A stretch of 64,000 bases of DNA from Candidatus Woesearchaeota archaeon (lineage in GTDB: Archaea; Nanobdellota; Nanobdellia; UBA10117; ARS21): the NCBI GenBank assembly GCA_964344705.1, contig CAYFOG010000003.1, forward strand, positions 16,715 to 80,714. The letters are read 5' to 3'. The position numbers were made by a program, and so were the translations under genes. The notes under the pieces are model-generated. The model had not been told where the DNA came from. It made no database searches and was given only the letters and a program-made list of their open reading frames with translations. Positions 58,311-64,000 of the stretch are shown here, piece after piece (position 1 is the first letter of the stretch; the number at the start of each line of letters is the position of its first letter).

Positions 58311-58991
58311 ATGGCTGAACAATCTTCGCGCTATATTAGTTTTAATGGAAAAGTTAGTGCAAGTCCTTCTTTCAAGAATCTAGATTCATACAAAGTTCGA
58401 GTGACATCAACAAAACAAGTTTATGATTCAATAAAGCATCTTGGCGAGGCAAAAGTTGATGAGAATGCAGGAATCATTCTTGGCAATGTTTCATATTCTG
58501 GTGAAAATAATTCAGTTCTTACTTTGAATGTTACAGGATTCAAACCTTTATCTTATAGAGAACGTAATGATGAACGCCTAGATGGAAAGGAAGGTCCGCA
58601 AATTGGATTTTTAACTAAATTGGCCTTTAGTGTTATTCTTGCCAGAAAGCCAAAAGATCTTCCTCAAGGCGGAACATATCTCACCCGGAAAGTTATTGCT
58701 TTGCTTGGGCAATTAGGTTCAGGAATAGGTTTTTATCATTCACATCCAACTATTGACAAACTTGGATCTTCAGATAAAAAAGAGATTAAACAAATGGTTT
58801 CTGTACCGCAATTCAAAGATTCTGTAAAATTTCATGTTCTGGCTCGCTCATCAGGAATAGGTTTTAGCTTATATTATTTAGGAAGAGTTCCAGGAATGAA
58901 ATTTATGAACAAACGATTAAAACCAGTTGAGCCAATTGCATATTATACGATTGATGATAAAATTGTTCCAATTCCTTGGGAAATTATCTAA
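58311..58991 (+). CDS. MPN/JAMM-domain protein (putative metalloisopeptidase, Rpn11/JAMM-like) with N-terminal extension
   Basis: MPN signature Glu followed by GIILG (DENAGIILGN) and the JAMM-type GFYHSHPT...S.D motif; 226 aa. Immediately downstream of cdc48 with a 29-bp gap. Confidence 0.5.
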   Translation: MAEQSSRYISFNGKVSASPSFKNLDSYKVRVTSTKQVYDSIKHLGEAKVDENAGIILGNVSYSGENNSVLTLNVTGFKPLSYRERNDERLDGKEGPQIGFLTKLAFSVILARKPKDLPQGGTYLTRKVIALLGQLGSGIGFYHSHPTIDKLGSSDKKEIKQMVSVPQFKDSVKFHVLARSSGIGFSLYYLGRVPGMKFMNKRLKPVEPIAYYTIDDKIVPIPWEII

Positions 58992-59878
58992 CCCAAAACA
59001 ATTGGTTTATCATCTACAATTATTGTATGCTCAAACTGAGCCACGAGTGATCCTTTTTCTTCTAATAGAACTTTATGATCGTATAGAATATCTGCCTTTA
59101 CAAATGAGTTTAGTGCCAACCTAGTTTTCAACGGACCAAACTTATTTTGTAATTCTCTTTCCGAAAATGGAAGAGTTTTGTAGGTTTCAACAATATGTTT
59201 TAATATTTCTTTATACATGCGAACTGGTTTAGCTTCCTTGAGTTCGTAGATTCCTGAGCTTGCGCCACCCTTTACGGCTCCGCGTCCGTTAGTTACGAAA
59301 GGCTCTATTGCAATTACGTCGCCCTTTTTCAGAGTTTCATTGCTCTTGTTGTCATAATTTGGAATGTTATATCCAGTATGAACAGCATACCTATCAATGC
59401 CGTGTCCGGACAAATTTTTGATTACTCTGTAACCTGCCTTTTTTGCAGTGCCCTCTATTTGAGCACCAATATCGGAGACTTTAACCCCGGGCTTGAGAAT
59501 TTTTATGGCGTTGTCGAGAGCAGATCTTGCCGTTTTTATCATCTTATCATGCTCTTTTGTATCAACTCCGAATGAAATCGCGCTATCTACAATGTATCCG
59601 TCTACGTGTACGCCCGCATCTAACTTTACTAAATCCCCTTTCTTTATCACGTTTTTATCGTTGTACAGAGCAGAATAATGTGCTGCTACATCATTAACCG
59701 AAACATTTGCCGGGAAAGCCAAGTCTGCGCCAAGTTCTCTAGTCTTAGATTCAATTTTTTCAGTCAATTCTAAATAAGATATTCCTGGCTTTGCTAAACT
59801 CTTCCCATATTTTTTTACTTTTTTGGAAATCTCGCTCGCTTTTTTGTATTTTGTCAGTGCTTCTTTACTTAGTCCCAT
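58988..59878 (-). CDS. map: methionine aminopeptidase, type 2 (archaeal/eukaryotic form)
   Basis: Pita-bread fold motifs (DAGVHVDGYIVDSA, HGIDRY..H, AIEPF); 296 aa. Confidence 0.85.
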   Translation of the reverse strand: MGLSKEALTKYKKASEISKKVKKYGKSLAKPGISYLELTEKIESKTRELGADLAFPANVSVNDVAAHYSALYNDKNVIKKGDLVKLDAGVHVDGYIVDSAISFGVDTKEHDKMIKTARSALDNAIKILKPGVKVSDIGAQIEGTAKKAGYRVIKNLSGHGIDRYAVHTGYNIPNYDNKSNETLKKGDVIAIEPFVTNGRGAVKGGASSGIYELKEAKPVRMYKEILKHIVETYKTLPFSERELQNKFGPLKTRLALNSFVKADILYDHKVLLEEKGSLVAQFEHTIIVDDKPIVLG

Positions 59879-59884
59879 TTCAGT

Positions 59885-62215
59885 TTAGAACCATTGGTCA
59901 AGTCCTGTATTAAGGTTTTTGATTTGCTCCTCTGAATAACCAAAGAGTTCAAGAATTTTATATGTTGCGCCAATTACTTGATTGTTGATATAATAATCTT
60001 CATCAATTTCTTCTATTTTTGTTTGTTCAGGTAGTTTTACTCTATCACTAATTCGTTTTGAAATTCCCTTAGTGACGACATAATTCACAATCGTTCCTGC
60101 TCCAACTTTAATTCCACTTTGAGCTAATAATTCTCCTGCTGCAACTTGCGGTCCGCGCGTTTTATATTCATGCAGTTGTTTTGTCAATCTGTTTGAAATT
60201 ATTAAATCCCGAATATCTATGTTTTTACTTCTAACATTTGCAATTATTTCTTGTATTTTTTCCAATGCTGGCTTTCCATCAACTTCAGTTAGAATTTTAT
60301 TAAGTGTTTCAACTTGTGCTTTTTGTGCGAGCTTTGACCAATCCCCTCTCCGAGACTCCAAACCCTTTACAATTAATTTATCGTTTTGATCCAATAAAGC
60401 ATACCTCTTTTTTGCACCCGCACCAGAACCTTTCTTCTCAAGAAATACTCCAGACTTGAACAAACCTTCTTCTTCAAGTTCCATTGGGTTTGGAAGGAGT
60501 TTATTTGCCTCGACTTTGAAGTCATCCATTGAATCAGAATCGATTAGGAATACAGAATCAGTATCTCCATAGATTACTTTTATATCATGTTTTTCTGCCA
60601 AGTCAATTGTGTTGTGAATATATTTTCTTCCCATTGCAGTTATTGATCGTGCGCAATCCAAAGAGTACCATCTCGCACCAAAGAATGCTAAGTATCCGTA
60701 GAAAGAATTAGCAAGAATTTTTAGTCCGTATGATTCTGCATCTAAAGTCCTATACTCATCTGAATCTTTCTTATATTTCTTTAGTTCATATTTCACTTCA
60801 AATCTTCGAGTAATTATTCTCTCAATTAGTTCCGGCACGAAACCTTTCTTAGATTTATCAAAAAACACTGCTTTATCAGGAAGATTTATTTTTTCTTCAT
60901 CACTCCCTTTGAATTTCATAGTATACTTATCGATGTTGTGAGCAATCAGAATTGTCGGATACAAACTTCGGAAGTCAAAAACTCTAACATCTTTGTAAAC
61001 TCCCGGTGTTGGCTGATACACAAATGCACCTTCTGCTTGTGTCGCACGTCTTTTTATTATTTCATCATTTGAAGGACGATTTTCAATTATTCTATTCTGC
61101 TCAATTGCACTTTTGATTATGAACTGTTCTACAAGTCTACCATATCTCATTCGAGTTACATCAAACAAAGGTAGTCCTGTGAATTTTGAAAATTGTAATG
61201 CGATGGGCAATATTTTCTCAGCAAGCAAATAAGTTAGTTTGGAATCTAATAAATTATATTCCGAAAATCGATTCATATTTTCATCGCTTTTATCTAACCA
61301 TGCTTCATGAGGTAAAACTCCCAGTTCTAGTTTTTTCTGTCCCAAAATTTCTTCAGATACATTATCTAAAGAAAGTGAACTTGTTTTCAGTTTCGGAGCC
61401 AAGACATTTCGAATAAAAATATATGCGTCCAAATGAGTTATCCCATTTATTTTTACAGGTCTGGCGTTTCTGGTTCCACGCGTAAAAATTGGTTCTTCAT
61501 TTAATGGCGCCAAAGTTAGTTTTACTTTATTTTTCGCTGCACGCTCTTTAATAAACCACAAGTCAAATATATCTGAGTTGTAACCAGTTATAATATCTGG
61601 TTTAAATTTATTTATTGTTTCTCTAAAATCTTCCAAAAGTTCTCTTTCTGAAGCGACCGAATTTATGTATTTGTGTTTTTTCTTAAAGTCTCGGATTATT
61701 GTAACTTTTTCAAAATCTTTACTATAATATGAGATTGATACAATTTTGTCAATCAAGGGATCTGGAAAATTTCCGTCACTTGTAGTCTCAATATCAAATG
61801 CAAGAATCTTTGGTTGAAAGTTTTTGTATAATTCTATTCCATTATCCAAAATTGACCGGAAAACATATGGAATGTCTGCTTCATAAACTTCTTTCACGCT
61901 TGGCAATTCACGTATTGTTTCACGGATAACTGGAACTTCTCTGGGAAAATTGACAACGATCTTCAGAAATTTAGTTTCTTTGTTTTGAAAATTTTTAATT
62001 ACCTTTTCAACCCCAACAACCTTTCTTTGTTTATCTTTGAATTCGTAAGTTAGTGCAAGAATATCCTTTTTCGCCTGCTCCAAATTAATTGGGAGCACCA
62101 TAAAATAAGGTTCTGGCGCATCAAAGTCTTCTACAATCTTTTTTCCGTCCGAAGTTTTGATTAATTTGAGATGCCGTTGGCTATCTTCTGAATAAACAAC
62201 ATCAATAATAGTCAT
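59885..62215 (-). CDS. polB: family B DNA polymerase (PolB) with 3'-5' exonuclease domain
   Basis: Exo I FDIETT, Exo II/III motifs, polymerase motif A DFRSLYPTI, motif B KILANSFYGY, motif C YGDTDS; 776 aa, no intein. Confidence 0.9.
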   Translation of the reverse strand: MTIIDVVYSEDSQRHLKLIKTSDGKKIVEDFDAPEPYFMVLPINLEQAKKDILALTYEFKDKQRKVVGVEKVIKNFQNKETKFLKIVVNFPREVPVIRETIRELPSVKEVYEADIPYVFRSILDNGIELYKNFQPKILAFDIETTSDGNFPDPLIDKIVSISYYSKDFEKVTIIRDFKKKHKYINSVASERELLEDFRETINKFKPDIITGYNSDIFDLWFIKERAAKNKVKLTLAPLNEEPIFTRGTRNARPVKINGITHLDAYIFIRNVLAPKLKTSSLSLDNVSEEILGQKKLELGVLPHEAWLDKSDENMNRFSEYNLLDSKLTYLLAEKILPIALQFSKFTGLPLFDVTRMRYGRLVEQFIIKSAIEQNRIIENRPSNDEIIKRRATQAEGAFVYQPTPGVYKDVRVFDFRSLYPTILIAHNIDKYTMKFKGSDEEKINLPDKAVFFDKSKKGFVPELIERIITRRFEVKYELKKYKKDSDEYRTLDAESYGLKILANSFYGYLAFFGARWYSLDCARSITAMGRKYIHNTIDLAEKHDIKVIYGDTDSVFLIDSDSMDDFKVEANKLLPNPMELEEEGLFKSGVFLEKKGSGAGAKKRYALLDQNDKLIVKGLESRRGDWSKLAQKAQVETLNKILTEVDGKPALEKIQEIIANVRSKNIDIRDLIISNRLTKQLHEYKTRGPQVAAGELLAQSGIKVGAGTIVNYVVTKGISKRISDRVKLPEQTKIEEIDEDYYINNQVIGATYKILELFGYSEEQIKNLNTGLDQWF

Positions 62216-62607
62216 TATTCTGATTCTTCGCCCTTGATTTGATTGAAGAATCTTCGCATATCTCGTTGAACTTGGTCTGCGTCAACCTTAAGCTTTTCAA
62301 GACTTAAATGAAGTCTTTCTTCATCTTTTACAAGATTTGCAATTTGATCAAAAGGCGCTGTTGCTCTTTGGAAGTCAGCAAGTCCAATAGAACCATATGG
62401 AGAATTGTCCATCTCCTGCGCGACCTTTGCAACGAGGCTCCCAAGCCATAGATTTAATGAATCCTTAACTTCAGATCGAATTTGTTTCCCATCAGTAATC
62501 GATGCTCGCATCAGTCTTACAACTCTTGCGCGAGGAAAAGGTAAACTTTCATCATCATCCTCTTCAGTTATTTGCTCTTCTACTGGCATTTTTTCGTCAG
62601 TTTCCAT
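62215..62607 (-). CDS. histone-fold protein of the NF-YC/Dpb3/H2A-like (CBFD_NFYB_HMF) type with acidic N-terminus
   Basis: ESLPFPRARVVRLMRA (alpha1, cf. LPLARIKKIMK), long alpha2 IRSEVKDSLNLWLGSLVAKVAQE, L2 and alpha3 ...FQRATAPFDQIANLV (cf. NF-YC ...AITKFDQFDFLI). The stop overlaps the polB ATG (TAATG). Confidence 0.55.
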   Translation of the reverse strand: METDEKMPVEEQITEEDDDESLPFPRARVVRLMRASITDGKQIRSEVKDSLNLWLGSLVAKVAQEMDNSPYGSIGLADFQRATAPFDQIANLVKDEERLHLSLEKLKVDADQVQRDMRRFFNQIKGEESE

Positions 62608-62654
62608 GTTATATGGTTAGTTGTAAAAGCTTTAAAATTTAAGGATTTGCCTTT

Positions 62655-63044
62655 TTAATCAGACAAATCAATATCGCTCTCGTATTGCGTTTCCTCTAAT
62701 TCTTGTACTTCGTTTTCATCTTCTTCATCAAAATTGTAACCATATTCTTCTTCAATGATTTTATTACAAATTTGTGAGACTCCATACTTCAACAATTCTT
62801 CAGTGGGTTCTTCATGAATCGCCTCTGCAACAGCAGTGAGAAGAGTCATTACATTCTCTGAAAGTTCATAACTTCCACCCCTTTGACCGTTTACATATTG
62901 TGAGATTGCCGATACTTGGGAATTCATCAATTCCGCAATATCTTTTTGAGAAATTCCTCTTCCTTTGAGTTCTTTTGCAAGCGCAGCTTTAACCGAATGT
63001 ATTGCTGTTCGAGCAATAAACTCGTGAGGATACACAATTGGCAT
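62655..63044 (-). CDS. HTH (XRE-like) domain protein with acidic C-terminal tail
   Basis: ISQKDIAELMNSQVSAISQYVNGQRG helix-turn-helix; C-terminal 35 aa are D/E-rich (EEDENEVQELEETQYESDIDLSD). Confidence 0.45.
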   Translation of the reverse strand: MPIVYPHEFIARTAIHSVKAALAKELKGRGISQKDIAELMNSQVSAISQYVNGQRGGSYELSENVMTLLTAVAEAIHEEPTEELLKYGVSQICNKIIEEEYGYNFDEEDENEVQELEETQYESDIDLSD

Positions 63045-63084
63045 GAGTGTTGATTATTGTGCGTGGTTAAAAGTATTTTGCTAG

Positions 63085-63360
63085 TTAAGAGAAGTTTTTG
63101 ATGAAAATTCGAGTGATAAATCCACTAACTATTAACAGTCCAAGCCCCACAGCCATTGCTTCTCCATAACTCAGATATGATGAACTCCATCGACTAATGC
63201 CGCTCCATAATAATATGAACCCAATTCCTGCAGTAAATGCGAGCATGAAATGACGAATAATTGCTGCTTGTTTATCAAATTCTTTTTGTCTTTTACGTCG
63301 TTTTTTTGCAAGGAAGCTAGCACGCCTTTTTTGTGACCGTGTTAGTTTTGAAAAGTCCAT
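63085..63360 (-). CDS. small membrane protein (hypothetical)
   Basis: 91 aa with a basic N-terminus (KRRASFLAKKRRKRQ) followed by two predicted TM helices. Confidence 0.3.
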   Translation of the reverse strand: MDFSKLTRSQKRRASFLAKKRRKRQKEFDKQAAIIRHFMLAFTAGIGFILLWSGISRWSSSYLSYGEAMAVGLGLLIVSGFITRIFIKNFS

Positions 63361-63407
63361 AATATGGTTTGAGCTGAGAATATTAAAATGTTTTTGAAAT
63401 AATTAAT

Positions 63408-63413
63408 CAAAAA
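63408..63413 (-). terminator. oligo-T run immediately 3' of tRNA-Cys (archaeal-type terminator)
   Basis: Plus-strand aaaaaa equals TTTTTT on the minus strand directly after the tRNA discriminator base. Confidence 0.4.
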
Positions 63414-63487
63414 AGCGCGGAGAGGGATTTGAACCCCCGAATGACGGGACTGCAACCCGTCGCCTTACCGGACTTGGCCACCCGCGC
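63414..63487 (-). tRNA. tRNA-Cys (anticodon GCA)
   Basis: The reverse complement folds as a cloverleaf: acceptor GCGCGGG/TCCGCGC, D-arm GCC-AAGTCCGGTAA-GGC, anticodon stem ACGGG/CCCGT with loop TTGCAGT (GCA), T-arm GGGGG-TTCAAAT-CCCTC, and discriminator U (Cys identity). CCA is not encoded and an oligo-T follows. Confidence 0.8.
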
Positions 63488-63575
63488 CTATTTTTAGGGC
63501 TGATTTTTCATTTAAAACTCTTTCTGAGCTGGTTTTTCGGATTAAACTTATATAGTTCAAACGTCATTTTTGAAA

Positions 63576-63743
63576 ATGGCAAAAAAGACTAACACCATGA
63601 ATTATTGGTATGCTATTTACGGCTTGCTTCTTCTTGCATTAGGTTGGATGACCTATAGTGGAGGTTTTTCAATTGAGCAGGCTTTCGGTGGTCTACTAAT
63701 GTTGTGGGGTTTGAAGAAACTCTTTATGGGTCACGCTTGTTAA
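63576..63743 (+). CDS. possible small membrane protein (55 aa)
   Basis: ATG with ttatatagtt TATA-like 20-27 bp upstream; MAKKTNTMNYWYAIYGLLLLALGWMTYSGG... is a single hydrophobic helix. Below the ORF-track size cutoff. Confidence 0.25.
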   Translation: MAKKTNTMNYWYAIYGLLLLALGWMTYSGGFSIEQAFGGLLMLWGLKKLFMGHAC

Positions 63744-63751
63744 ATCGTGAC

Positions 63752-64000
63752 TTATTTTCTTTTTAGAATGTAACTTTTGATAGTGTCTTCTATCTCGTAA
63801 CCTTTGGATTTGAGCATGTCTCTTAGCTTGTCTGCAGTTTTGAAGTCTTTTTTGAGCCGAGCTTTCAATCGTTTTTCTGCCAGACGCTTTATTGTGAAAG
63901 GAATTGACTTGGATTTTAATTTTCTAAGGTTGAATCCAAAAATATTATCAAATCTCAGAATTAAATACACTTTTTCATTCTCTGGAACTTTCTTATCATT
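63752..64000 (-). CDS. cysS: cysteinyl-tRNA synthetase, C-terminal end (5' part beyond window edge)
   Basis: C-terminal tail ...RLKARLKKDFKTADKLRDMLKSKGYEIEDT... matches the conserved CysRS terminus (R..AR..KD...AD.LRD.L...G). The reading frame stays open to the window end. Confidence 0.55.
   Translation of the reverse strand, partial: NDKKVPENEKVYLILRFDNIFGFNLRKLKSKSIPFTIKRLAEKRLKARLKKDFKTADKLRDMLKSKGYEIEDTIKSYILKRK

Noticed and set aside
36613-62215. Inteins in PolD DP2, PolB, CDC48 or Cdc6
   Set aside because: The protein lengths are those of intein-free versions, and the catalytic motifs (YGDTDS, Walker boxes) are contiguous.

Overview
The window reads as an AT-rich archaeal chromosome segment, probably a small-genome DPANN-like lineage, judged from its archaeal replication/repair gene set and AT-rich composition. 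Composition, overlapping gene boundaries, leaderless-type TATA boxes about 25-35 bp upstream of starts, and the protein families all fit an archaeon. Three blocks can be distinguished.

(1) 1-6 kb: the 3' end of a Hel308-type helicase, the tRNA methyltransferase TrmI, SecF/SecD, and an unusual GC-rich tandem-repeat island that encodes an (ARRTT)n arginine-rich protein.

(2) About 6-33 kb: a roughly 27 kb surface-glycan island. It begins with the AglB/STT3 oligosaccharyltransferase and a GT-C paralog. It continues with UDP-xylose synthase, epimerases, GT2 (Dpm1-like), GtrA and Wzx flippase genes, a complete neuA-neuC-neuB sialic (nonulosonic) acid cassette with a KpsS/KpsC-like transferase, GDP-mannose 4,6-dehydratase, a GT4-methyltransferase fusion, and two paralogous NTase(LicD-like)+P-loop kinase proteins. 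It ends with a tightly overlapped 7-gene operon that encodes the full bacterial-type ADP-L-glycero-D-manno-heptose pathway (GmhA, HldE, GmhB, HldD) plus two GT9 heptosyltransferases and a GT4.

(3) About 33-64 kb: a replication and protein-quality-control neighbourhood. It contains PolD large subunit (DP2) translationally coupled to a stand-alone Cas4/Dna2-like Fe-S PD-(D/E)xK nuclease, an adjacent ORB-like TTTCCAC/GTGGAAA repeat array in front of a winged-helix protein, and a PadR-like gene. It also contains an AT-rich candidate oriC immediately upstream of cdc6/orc1-PolD small subunit, a presenilin/SPP homolog, Hef present as split helicase and nuclease ORFs, TraB, LonB, PepA, SerRS, Topo IA and RadB. 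CDC48 is followed by a JAMM/MPN protein. MetAP2 and family-B DNA polymerase follow, with PolB start-overlapped by an NF-YC/Dpb3-like histone-fold gene. The window ends with tRNA-Cys(GCA) and the 3' end of cysS.

No CRISPR array, transposase or integrase was seen.

The most novel-looking signals are the DP2-Cas4-like-repeat-array-wHTH module and the histone-fold-PolB operon. Next come the paired LicD-like/P-loop proteins inside the glycan island, the heptose-plus-sialic-acid glycan machinery in an archaeon, and a perfect 69-bp tandem duplication at a convergent gene junction.
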